From Candidatus Babeliales bacterium (lineage in GTDB: Bacteria > Babelota > Babeliae > Babelales > JBFXEV01): DNA of 64,000 bases. A program made the position numbers and the translations under genes. Shown here one piece after another: positions 47,591 to 56,422 of this stretch (within the stretch, counting starts at the first letter, position 1; every line of letters begins with the position of its first letter). Where the stretch lies: positions 585,994 through 649,993 of the forward strand of contig JBFXEV010000001.1 in assembly GCA_050179755.1 (NCBI GenBank), in the 5' to 3' direction. The notes under the pieces were generated by a model. It worked only from the letters and a program-made list of their open reading frames with translations, did no database searches and was not told the DNA's origin.

Positions 47591-48025
47591 TTATTGAGAT
47601 TTATCTTTTACGTATGGGCTATTTTTTATATGCATTAAATTTTGGGCACCCTGAATTTTTGCTAATTCTGCGCGCGCACGGCGGCTTGCATAGGGAAAAT
47701 CATTCTGATTTGCTGCATAGTTTAAAAACGAGCGTGCTTTATCAAGTTTCTCTAAATTTACGTAAGCAATACCAAGTTCTATTGCAGCTTCAATTTTTAA
47801 GCGTAAATGGCCAGATTTTTGTGCGGCTTCTAAAAAAGGTATGGCTCCCAAGTAATCTTTTTCTCTTAATCGTAATTGACCTTCAATCGCATTTTGTGTA
47901 GAAACAGAGTAATCATTCTTTGCAAAATCATCTGCATCGTGAAAAGTAAGCGGTTTGTTTAATCTCATGCCATAAGTTGAGCAAACTCCAAATAATATTA
48001 AAAATGTTATACAAAATTTTTTCAA
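47591..48025 (-). CDS. Small secreted TPR protein
   Basis: GAIPFLEAA..AAIELGIAY..KARSFL; TTG start. Confidence 0.82.
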   Translation of the reverse strand: MKKFCITFLILFGVCSTYGMRLNKPLTFHDADDFAKNDYSVSTQNAIEGQLRLREKDYLGAIPFLEAAQKSGHLRLKIEAAIELGIAYVNLEKLDKARSFLNYAANQNDFPYASRRARAELAKIQGAQNLMHIKNSPYVKDKSQ

Positions 48026-48034
48026 GATCGTTCC

Positions 48035-48448
48035 TTATTGCTTTGGCGGTATTGGCTGCAAGAGCTGTATGCCTTGGGCTGCATCAAGTCGCGTTAATTG
48101 TTTTTGTGCAGCATCTTTTATATCTAAAAAGAAATTTTGCTCTGCAGCAGTAGTTAAATAGTCTCGAGCTAACATATCGTTACCTAATTTCGCATATATC
48201 AGGCCTAAATGTAATGCTGCAGCAAAATGTATCACCGCAAATTGAGGGTTGTTATATGCTGCCAATAAATAGGGAATAGCTTCTTGTTTCTTTTGTTGTA
48301 GTACAAGTTCGAGGCCTCTTGAAAGGTTTGATTGTGCTGCGTGCAACGTGTTGCTGGTTTGCACCTGAGATACTGGCTGTGGCCTATCCATACAGTACCC
48401 ATACGGTAGTGCAGAGAGTGTAATAAGAATTATTAATAGTTTTTTCAT
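48035..48448 (-). CDS. Small secreted TPR protein
   Basis: EAIPYL..AALHLGLIY..ARDYL. Confidence 0.82.
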   Translation of the reverse strand: MKKLLIILITLSALPYGYCMDRPQPVSQVQTSNTLHAAQSNLSRGLELVLQQKKQEAIPYLLAAYNNPQFAVIHFAAALHLGLIYAKLGNDMLARDYLTTAAEQNFFLDIKDAAQKQLTRLDAAQGIQLLQPIPPKQ

Positions 48449-48459
48449 AACATATGTCC

Positions 48460-49080
48460 TTATTGTGTTTGTTTGCCAATGTTCAGGCTTTGTAAAGCTT
48501 GTGCAGCATCAAGTCTATCCAATTCTTTTTGCGCAGCTAATTTTATGTCAGCAGGAGCAGATTTACTAGTTGCCCTTGTTAAGTAACCACGAGCTATTTC
48601 AATCTCACCCAATTTAAGATAAGCTCTACCTAAAAGGAAGGTCGCAGCAAAAAAAATGGGGGGATAAGGAATTTGAAAGCGGTGACCGTGATAAAGATCT
48701 TTCAGGAGTTCTATTGCTTTCTCAATATTTTGTTGTTCTAAATAGAATAGGGCTTGTTGTAATCTTTCTTCAGCAGCAGCAGCATTTTTACGATTTTCCT
48801 CGTTTCTTAACTGCAGCTCGATTGATTTATATTTCTTTGACTGTTCTACGTTATTTAATGAAGCGTACGCTCCGGCTAGATAGTGAGCAGCTACTTGTTT
48901 CATAATTGGGTCTGTTGATTCAAAAGCTTTTTCAAAAAAGCTTATTGCAAGGACCTTATTGTTTTGATCATATGCACTGATCCCTTTTTGTAGATTAGCA
49001 CGAGGGCTATCTGGCTTTCCTTGCATACCATATGCTGAATAAATGCTAAAGCATATTAAGAATAGTATTAATTTTTTCAT
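48460..49080 (-). CDS. Secreted TPR protein
   Basis: LAISFFEKAF, ATFLLGRAY..ARGYL; start MKKL after an aagga RBS. Confidence 0.82.
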   Translation of the reverse strand: MKKLILFLICFSIYSAYGMQGKPDSPRANLQKGISAYDQNNKVLAISFFEKAFESTDPIMKQVAAHYLAGAYASLNNVEQSKKYKSIELQLRNEENRKNAAAAEERLQQALFYLEQQNIEKAIELLKDLYHGHRFQIPYPPIFFAATFLLGRAYLKLGEIEIARGYLTRATSKSAPADIKLAAQKELDRLDAAQALQSLNIGKQTQ

Positions 49081-49127
49081 GAAGATCCTTTTTTTAAGCC
49101 TATTTAAAGGCATTCTTATCTACTTTT

Positions 49128-49157
49128 ATTCTACCTGAAAAGTTTTCTATTTGTCAA
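49128..49157 (-). promoter_or_regulatory. Putative promoter of the TPR array
   Basis: TTGACA-18-TAGAAT on the minus strand. Confidence 0.55.
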
Positions 49158-49232
49158 TAAACCATTGCTTTTGCAGCATTGGATCAGGTATGCTAAAGAT
49201 AAGAAGAATACAGGTTCTTTAAAGGAGAAACT

Positions 49233-49472
49233 ATGAAAAAGATTAGACATCTTCTGTTTGGTTCAAAACAGAGTAAACAGAATCAGCAGGTTAAAGCTGA
49301 TGCAGAGAATAGAATTTCTCAGATTGGCAGAAATATGTCTCGTGGGGCATCAAACATCTTTAAATCGCTTAGAGTTCATAATGCTATTGGCATGTTAAAA
49401 GGTCGTGGCAAAAATTATAAAAGTCATAGTAAACTTGGGCAGCACACGCCAAGCAAGAAATTTGGTAAGTAA
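49233..49472 (+). CDS. Small highly basic hypothetical protein
   Basis: aaaggag RBS, TATGCT -10; 79 aa, Lys/Arg/Ser/Gly-rich. Confidence 0.7.
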   Translation: MKKIRHLLFGSKQSKQNQQVKADAENRISQIGRNMSRGASNIFKSLRVHNAIGMLKGRGKNYKSHSKLGQHTPSKKFGK

Positions 49473-49492
49473 AGCACTGTTTACGAGCTATT

Positions 49493-50392
49493 TTATGGGT
49501 GTTTAGCAAGCCATGCTTTGGCTGCGTTATACGCCCTTTCATTTACACTTTTGACATGCTCTTCTGCTGCGCATTCAAAATTAGCGCGTGCCAATAACTT
49601 CTTACCATCTCTTTGATACAATAAGCCCATTTGCACCCAAATATCTGCTTTATCACCCATTGCTTGTAGGAACCTCATGCCCTTTTTATAGTTTACTTCT
49701 GCTTCTTTAAATTGTTTTTGCGTGAATAAGGTATTGCCAAGTTCTTTATGCAATTGGCCGTAAAGTTGGGCAGCTTCTGGCGTTGCCTCTAATATTTGTT
49801 CTTTGTTGTTTACTGCTTGCAATAGTGCATTAACGCCACGCTCTAAATAGAGCTTAGATTGTGCCGCGTCAGTTGATCTGGTGCTTACACCTATCATATG
49901 GCATAATGGGGCAATAATTATAGGATGGCTTTCAATTGCAAGAGATTGTGTGCCGTAACTAATTGCTTGGGCTAGTTTACCTGATTCAAAGCATATTTTG
50001 GTCAGATTACGCAAAAGGGCTGCACGATGAGGCAAGCACACTTCTTTAGTGTTGATTTGTTCGAGTGCTTCTAAAACTTTTAGTGCATTTATATAATAAT
50101 TGAACGCCATTTCAACATTTTCTGGTGCTTTTGGTAAGCGATGCGCATGCAGATCGGCCAATGCTTGGTTGGCTTTATAGAGCTCATTTGTTGTAGTAGC
50201 TCTTTCAAGCACTATTTCAAATACTTCTTTAGCTTGCGCGTAACGACCCGCCGTATAATGTTCATCTGCCAAGGCAAGTGTTGCTGATTCTGTTCCGGCT
50301 TTCTTTAAGTTCGCGTGATTGTTAGGACCTTGATTCATGGCGCACAGATGTGCTCCTAAAGAAAATATAAGTGCATAAAGTAACGATTTCAT
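49493..50392 (-). CDS. Secreted TPR protein
   Basis: YAQAKEVFE, ELGNTLFTQKQFKEAE, ADIWVQMGLLY. Confidence 0.85.
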   Translation of the reverse strand: MKSLLYALIFSLGAHLCAMNQGPNNHANLKKAGTESATLALADEHYTAGRYAQAKEVFEIVLERATTTNELYKANQALADLHAHRLPKAPENVEMAFNYYINALKVLEALEQINTKEVCLPHRAALLRNLTKICFESGKLAQAISYGTQSLAIESHPIIIAPLCHMIGVSTRSTDAAQSKLYLERGVNALLQAVNNKEQILEATPEAAQLYGQLHKELGNTLFTQKQFKEAEVNYKKGMRFLQAMGDKADIWVQMGLLYQRDGKKLLARANFECAAEEHVKSVNERAYNAAKAWLAKHP

Positions 50393-50460
50393 TATAGATT
50401 TACCCTCATGGTGTTTAAGCGTGGAAAGTCTCTTGTTTATAGAAAGAGGTAGTAATATAA

Positions 50461-50489
50461 ATTTTAACCAATTTTTTTATATTTGTCAA
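50461..50489 (-). promoter_or_regulatory. Putative sigma70 promoter
   Basis: TTGACA-17-TAAAAT upstream of 49493..50392. Confidence 0.6.
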
Positions 50490-50638
50490 TTGCGCAGGGT
50501 TTATCAAGGCAAAAGGGCCTTGCTCCATAAATTTTTGGGTGCATGTTGAAACGTGGGTAGTAAATCTAAGCCCTTGCTCAAGGAGTAGCTATCTGGCAGA
50601 CTAAAAGTAAGAACTGTTAGTCTTAAAAGAAAGATGCT

Positions 50639-52021
50639 ATGAAGCCATATCAAAAATCTTTGTTTATTTTTCGTAGAGACTTACGGCTATTCGATAATAC
50701 AGCCCTTATCAAAGCGCTTGAGGAAAGCGCGCTGGTGATTCCATGTTTTATATTTGATCCACGGCAAGTAACTGATGCCAATGCATTTAAAAGCACTAAC
50801 GCATTAGAATTTATGATTGAATCTCTTAAGGATTTGCACGACCAGCTTACAAAGCATGGTGGCAAGTTATATCTTTTTTATGGTGATCCGGCAGAGCTTA
50901 TAAAAAAACTAATTACGCAAGAAGAAATAGATGCCGTTTATGTAAATAAAGATTACACGCCATTTAGTATAGGTCGTGATGACAGTATTAAAAAGGTGTG
51001 TACGCATTATGATGTTGCCTTTGATTCATGCAAGGATGCTTTGCTTACTGAACCTTATGAAGTATTAACGCTTGGCAACGTGCCCTATTCCGTTTTTACA
51101 CCTTTTTTTAAAACCGCTTCAAAGATAACGGTAGCACATCCAAAAACCTTTCCCAAAATAAGTTCATTTTATAAGAAGCCTATCAAGTTTGCACAGTCAT
51201 CAACTATTTTTAAAAAAATAGTACCTCAAAAAAATCAGAATTTGTGGGTGCAAGGCGGCACGAGCAACGGCAAAAAAATTTTGCGCAATTTAAAAAAATT
51301 TAAGAATTATGCCAAAGAGCGCGACTACCCAGCTCTTGATGCCACAACGCATCTTTCTGCGCATAATAAATTTGGTACCATCTCAATTAGGCAAGTATAT
51401 CATGCTATTGCCGATCAACTTGGGAAAAATCACCCATTGATTACGCAACTCTATTGGCGCGATTTTTTTACACATGTGGGTTATCATTCACCATTTGTAT
51501 TTGGTGCGCCGTTTAAGCAAAAATATGAAAAATTAACGTGGAATACTAATAAAACAATTTTTGAGCGCTGGTGCACGGGAACTACTGGGTTTCCTATTGT
51601 GGATGCTGGCATGCGGCAGCTGAATGCAACGGGCTTTATGCACAATCGCGTGCGCATGATTGTGGGGTCATTTTTGGTTAAAGATCTGTTTATTAATTGG
51701 TTATGGGGAGAAAAATATTTTGCACAACAGTTAGTTGATTATGATCCTGCGGTTAATAATGGTAATTGGCAATGGGTGGCATCTACCGGGTGCGATTCAC
51801 AACCATATTTTAGAATTTTTAATCCATGGTTACAGCAAAAAAAGTTTGATGCTGATTGCATCTATATTAAACAATGGATTCCTGAACTTAATAAAATATC
51901 TTCCCAAGCTATTCATCGCTGGTATTCTAAGCATCAAGAGTATGACACTGAATATCCAAAACCAATGGTGGACCATGCAGCGCAGAGTACGATGGTTAAA
52001 GCGTTTTATAAAAAATTGTAG
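50639..52021 (+). CDS. phrB: Deoxyribodipyrimidine photolyase / cryptochrome family protein
   Basis: FRRDLRLFDNTAL, QLYWRDFF, GTTGFPIVDAGMRQL..TGFMHNRVRM, LVDYDPAVNNGNWQW, FRIFNP. Confidence 0.95.
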   Translation: MKPYQKSLFIFRRDLRLFDNTALIKALEESALVIPCFIFDPRQVTDANAFKSTNALEFMIESLKDLHDQLTKHGGKLYLFYGDPAELIKKLITQEEIDAVYVNKDYTPFSIGRDDSIKKVCTHYDVAFDSCKDALLTEPYEVLTLGNVPYSVFTPFFKTASKITVAHPKTFPKISSFYKKPIKFAQSSTIFKKIVPQKNQNLWVQGGTSNGKKILRNLKKFKNYAKERDYPALDATTHLSAHNKFGTISIRQVYHAIADQLGKNHPLITQLYWRDFFTHVGYHSPFVFGAPFKQKYEKLTWNTNKTIFERWCTGTTGFPIVDAGMRQLNATGFMHNRVRMIVGSFLVKDLFINWLWGEKYFAQQLVDYDPAVNNGNWQWVASTGCDSQPYFRIFNPWLQQKKFDADCIYIKQWIPELNKISSQAIHRWYSKHQEYDTEYPKPMVDHAAQSTMVKAFYKKL

Positions 52022-52976
52022 CACGGTTCTCTTTCTATTGTTTTATGGAATGACGTGCAGTGCCATGGAAGAGCACATTGCACCAGAGCCTAACTTTTGT
52101 GATATAGCTTTAATGGAATATATAACACAACAAGATCGCGCAAACGTGCGTGCTGTACTTCAGTGCCCAGTACATATCAATTTGGCGCATCCACACTATA
52201 ATGGCCACACGCCGCTGGCTGAAGCAGTTGCAACCGATAATGCTTCAATTGTTGATTTATTATTGGCACATCCTGAAATAGATCTAGATGCAGATGCTGG
52301 GCAAGGTTACCGGGCGCTACATATTGCCACAATGCAAGGGCAGGATAGTATGGTAAGAAAATTATGCGCGGCAGGTGCTTCGCTTGAAACGTTAAATGAA
52401 GATGGCGATACGCCATTACATATTGGATTTAGATATAGAAAACCAAAGACAGTGCGTATGCTTATAAGCACGGTTGCTACTAAAAAAATCGCAGCAGCTG
52501 CCAAAGGCATTGAAAAATTAATAATTCCTTTTTTACGTTGTTGCAAGAGGCATACACAAGAGGAGCCAAGAGGCGTGCTTGGCATGTTGCCAAGAGATAT
52601 ACGACTAATGTTATGTGGGTATTATGAACGAGCAATTATGGCTTTTGAAGCAGAGCAGCTTAGAGCTGGTTCAACCGCCCCTAGTGGCATATTTATTCCC
52701 ATAATTGAAAATCAACTTGTTCGTGTTACATCAGCGCTTGCGATGAAAAATGAACACGATTGGGTTCCCGAGCAATTATTATGGCATAATGATTCTGAAA
52801 CACCGTTGCTTTTAAATGCTGCCGACAAAGCTTGCATGCGTAATGCGATCATGCAGTATGTGCAAATAAAATATCAAGAAGTCAGTTTAGAGTCCAGACT
52901 CCATAATTCAAGACGATTGCAAAGCCCACCCATAGTAAATACGGTAGAAGAAGTAACGCAGCCCGCCAAGATGTAG
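51975..52976 (+). CDS. Secreted ankyrin-repeat protein with F-box-like segment
   Basis: GHTPLAEA, ALHIA, DGDTPLH; LGMLPRDIRLML; start uncertain. Confidence 0.82.
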   Translation: MQRRVRWLKRFIKNCSTVLFLLFYGMTCSAMEEHIAPEPNFCDIALMEYITQQDRANVRAVLQCPVHINLAHPHYNGHTPLAEAVATDNASIVDLLLAHPEIDLDADAGQGYRALHIATMQGQDSMVRKLCAAGASLETLNEDGDTPLHIGFRYRKPKTVRMLISTVATKKIAAAAKGIEKLIIPFLRCCKRHTQEEPRGVLGMLPRDIRLMLCGYYERAIMAFEAEQLRAGSTAPSGIFIPIIENQLVRVTSALAMKNEHDWVPEQLLWHNDSETPLLLNAADKACMRNAIMQYVQIKYQEVSLESRLHNSRRLQSPPIVNTVEEVTQPAKM

Positions 52977-53343
52977 GCCACATAAGAAGCATCATGAGCA
53001 CGATAGTGCATTCAAGCAGTACTGCAATTGCAAGGCTTGCACCAAGCATGTGCATATAAAAGAATAAATAAGTCCAGAGAACATTTAAGAATGTGTTCAT
53101 CGCAAATAATATTTTTACTTCTTTATCATTTTTGGCAACATCCCAAAACATGATGGCAGAAATTATGGTCAAAAAGTATATTATATTCCATACTATAGGG
53201 AACGCCCACGCCGGTGGCGTATACCACGGTAACGCAAGGGTGTGATACCATATCATACCCTGAGCTGAAAGCAAGGAACTAATGAGTAACGTTATGAGGG
53301 CAATTGCCGGAATATAGAGGTGATGATCTTTAAATTGATACAT
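52882..53343 (-). CDS. tspO: TspO/MBR tryptophan-rich sensory protein
   Basis: WYHTLALPWYTPPAWAFPIVW, LNVLWTYLFF, LLLPYLLWVGFA..LN. Confidence 0.93.
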   Translation of the reverse strand: MYQFKDHHLYIPAIALITLLISSLLSAQGMIWYHTLALPWYTPPAWAFPIVWNIIYFLTIISAIMFWDVAKNDKEVKILFAMNTFLNVLWTYLFFYMHMLGASLAIAVLLECTIVLMMLLMWPTSWRAALLLLPYLLWVGFAIVLNYGVWTLN

Positions 53344-53497
53344 TTTTTCTCCTAAATTAAAGCAGCGCAATCTGCTTTAATGTAAACATATTTTGCTTTC
53401 ATTTGGCAACAGTTCTTGTAAGTATAGTATCTTTAGTAGTAGTCTTGACGCGCGATAGATATAAAGACCTAACACTTATATGGTAAGGTGAATAAAG

Positions 53498-54481
53498 ATG
53501 AAAGATTTTTGCAAATTGTTACTGGTTTTTTGGTTTCAGCTTGGTTCATTATGTGGAATGGAGGTTGAACAACCTGCAGCATTTCAACCAGATAGTTGGA
53601 TAACAGATCTTTTATCGCACCAAGTTCCTCCAGCATCTACTATTACTCCAAAAGAAGAACCTAAATTTCATGCATTATCTGTTTTTATGCAACAACTTAC
53701 CTATCACGATAGGTTGTTGTTTAAAAAGATACCTTGCAGCGCTGTGCATGAAATAGATAAACAAGTTGCTGCAGTAACTGCTCTTGCAGAAAAGAAAGTG
53801 TGCCAAGCAAAGCCTACGCATCAAATAATACTTGTGGGCGATGATGCTATGGACGGTACAACTCAGTTACTTTTTGTGAGTGCTGTTGAAGCATTGTTAA
53901 CTGTTGCTACAAAAAAAGGTTCAGCAGCGCAAAGATCTGGCTGGGTTTTTAAAGGTGAGTATGGTTTTTATATTTTGCATCCTTTGCATCTTGCGCTAAA
54001 GCATAATTTAATTGAATGTGCAGAAATATTAATAAAGAATGGTGTTGATTCTAATGCGCAAGATCATTTGGGCAGAGGGCCATTGCACGTAGTATCATTT
54101 CTTAAAGATGAAGATGCGCAAACTAAACTTGCAAAGCTTCTATGTTTTAAAGGCGGTGATTTAAATGGTGCAACTAAGCAAGGAATTACACCAATGGCTT
54201 CTGCCGTAGAAAGAAAAGCGCATAAGTTATTGGATTTTTTATTAGACCTAGGAGCAAACCCTAATAGTAATGTGGAAGCTGAGGCGGCTGGTAAAAAAAG
54301 TTTGCATGCAGTGGGTGTTTCTCCACTTTGGCTTGCATTATCACAAAGAGACATTATATCAGTTGGGTTGCTTTTAAAAAGAAGAGCAAAATTAAAAGCT
54401 GCAGAGCAAGTGGCCGCGCAGCTTATGCATGATAACGAACAAGATCAAAATTATAAAGTACTTCTTAAGAAGGCTCTATAA
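53498..54481 (+). CDS. Secreted ankyrin-repeat protein
   Basis: HPLHLAL, GRGPLH, GITPM, LLDLGANPN, VSPLWLA. Confidence 0.88.
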   Translation: MKDFCKLLLVFWFQLGSLCGMEVEQPAAFQPDSWITDLLSHQVPPASTITPKEEPKFHALSVFMQQLTYHDRLLFKKIPCSAVHEIDKQVAAVTALAEKKVCQAKPTHQIILVGDDAMDGTTQLLFVSAVEALLTVATKKGSAAQRSGWVFKGEYGFYILHPLHLALKHNLIECAEILIKNGVDSNAQDHLGRGPLHVVSFLKDEDAQTKLAKLLCFKGGDLNGATKQGITPMASAVERKAHKLLDFLLDLGANPNSNVEAEAAGKKSLHAVGVSPLWLALSQRDIISVGLLLKRRAKLKAAEQVAAQLMHDNEQDQNYKVLLKKAL

Positions 54482-54484
54482 AGA

Positions 54485-55111
54485 TTATTTCTCTTTTTTC
54501 GTTTCTATTGTCTCAAGACTCATATCCACGAATTTATGTAAATCATTATAATCTTCATCGTCAGAAAGTTGCGATTTAGGAAGATATTGTTTACGCAATT
54601 CGTGTTTCTTTTTTTCTTCCGTTAATCGTTGTTCAAGTAATTCCAGAGTTTCTTGTTTTTCCGCTAGTCTAAGTGCACCTAATCGTTGCTCTATAATTGA
54701 TTTACTTGCAGCATCGGGTTGTATTTTAAGATGTTGCATGCCGAGCAATAAAGAAATAAATCGATTTGAGGATGATTCTTTAGCTGCTCTAGAAATTGCA
54801 TCTTCAAGAGTTCCTTGTAAAAGTGCCTTGCGCACAACGCCTGCATGTAACTCCATTGCATCTTGGTGCGCTTGACGCTCAGCCGCTCCTGCACCAAATT
54901 CTTGGTCAAGTCGGTTTAGCACAGTTGTTACAACGCCCGGCATTGAAGGTAGTAGATCACTTAATTGCCAATTATCATCTGCGCTGTTGCTTGCAGCTTC
55001 CGCTGCAGGGCTTACTGCGCGTGGTGATCCTGCGGCAGGCGGCCAGCATTGCATTGCACACGCGTTATTAATAGTGCTTGTGAGAATAACTAAATAGAGT
55101 ATTTTTTTCAT
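54485..55111 (-). CDS. Secreted hypothetical protein
   Basis: Signal peptide ending ACA-M; helical charged C-terminus. Confidence 0.75.
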   Translation of the reverse strand: MKKILYLVILTSTINNACAMQCWPPAAGSPRAVSPAAEAASNSADDNWQLSDLLPSMPGVVTTVLNRLDQEFGAGAAERQAHQDAMELHAGVVRKALLQGTLEDAISRAAKESSSNRFISLLLGMQHLKIQPDAASKSIIEQRLGALRLAEKQETLELLEQRLTEEKKKHELRKQYLPKSQLSDDEDYNDLHKFVDMSLETIETKKEK

Positions 55112-55125
55112 ATTTTTAACCTTTT

Positions 55126-56376
55126 TTATTTCTTGTTGCCGGTAGGAGCATTATTACTATTAGCTACTGTAGCAGTAGGTTGTTTATTTGTTGTAGGTGA
55201 GCGCCCCGCTTGTTGTTGTTGCGCTGCGGCCGCAGGTTGCGCAAGCCTTGCTGCAGCGGGTGATGCTTGAGCAGGTAATGCAGCAGCTTGCATGTGCGCT
55301 TGTTGAGCTTGTTGCGATTCAGCAATTAATTGAGCAGCAGCAGCTTTAGCAATTCCGGCAGCTTCAAGTTCTTGCACAAGAATTTGTTCTTGTTTTGCAT
55401 TGTATGCTTGTACTACATTAAGTTCACGTTGCATACGCTCTAATTCTTGATTCTTGAGCGCTAATTCATGTTGTTCTGCTTGCAATGCTAATGCAGCACG
55501 TTCTTGCTCTGCTTTTTGTGCTGCAAGTTGGGCGCTTCGTAGTGCCAACTCGTCTAATTGTGGCTGCAATGTTTGCTCGTCTTTGGTGATAGCTTCTAGC
55601 GCAGCTTGCGCGCGGGTTGTTTTTAGTTTTATTCTTGCTTTGGCATCTGCTACTTTTTTGCTATCTTCGCTTTTAGCATTGCCAAGCCTTTCAATATAAT
55701 CACAACTTTCTGCGCTACTAAGCATTGCTTGTTCTAAAAATTTAAATAATAGTTTTTGAGCAGTTGTTCCGAAAGTAACTTCGTCTGGTTGTTCTCGTAA
55801 TGCTGATACAAGGTCATTTGCTTCAGTTATTTTGCCGGAGAGCACTATTATTTCAGCAATTGTGTTTACTACCTCTTCTCGTAGATTAGCGTTACTAAGA
55901 TAATTTAAGAAGGTGCGGTTGGTAATATCTGGTGCTAATTGGCTAGGGTAAATCCGATACATTGATTTAAGTGCTCTAAAAAATAAAACAGAGCGTGCAT
56001 CAAGGGTGGATAGCCTTGTTTTTATGTGCTTATGAATTCTTTCAAGAACTAAAGTAGAAATAGGATATTGTGGTATAACGTCGTCAACAGCATCAAGTAT
56101 ATTGCTTGTTAACTGATTTTCTTTTAAATATCCTTTAGTAAATCCTCTATGCATCCTATGGAGTAACGTTTGTTTTCCGTTCTCACTAGCTTTATTCCAA
56201 TCCCCTCTTCTTATTTCATCAAATATAGAAGTTGGATTCAATTTATCAGCCGCTGAGTTATAGACGTTGCCTGCTGTACTCACCGCTAACTTTACAGTTC
56301 CAGTTACATAATCCATGGAAATAGCATTATGGAAAACGCCACACAACAAGGCACATGTTGCTATTTTTTTAAACAT
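55126..56376 (-). CDS. Secreted coiled-coil Ala/Gln-rich hypothetical protein
   Basis: Signal peptide; long A/Q/E/L heptad-like stretch; low-complexity tail. Confidence 0.78.
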   Translation of the reverse strand: MFKKIATCALLCGVFHNAISMDYVTGTVKLAVSTAGNVYNSAADKLNPTSIFDEIRRGDWNKASENGKQTLLHRMHRGFTKGYLKENQLTSNILDAVDDVIPQYPISTLVLERIHKHIKTRLSTLDARSVLFFRALKSMYRIYPSQLAPDITNRTFLNYLSNANLREEVVNTIAEIIVLSGKITEANDLVSALREQPDEVTFGTTAQKLLFKFLEQAMLSSAESCDYIERLGNAKSEDSKKVADAKARIKLKTTRAQAALEAITKDEQTLQPQLDELALRSAQLAAQKAEQERAALALQAEQHELALKNQELERMQRELNVVQAYNAKQEQILVQELEAAGIAKAAAAQLIAESQQAQQAHMQAAALPAQASPAAARLAQPAAAAQQQQAGRSPTTNKQPTATVANSNNAPTGNKK

Positions 56377-56422
56377 AATAATTCCCCCTTTTTTACTTGC
56401 TATAATATTCTTTTTTTATACT

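Noticed and set aside
51735..51974. Long 5' extension of the ankyrin ORF inside phrB
   Set aside because: Alternative frame of the photolyase; the signal peptide begins only near 51975-52010.
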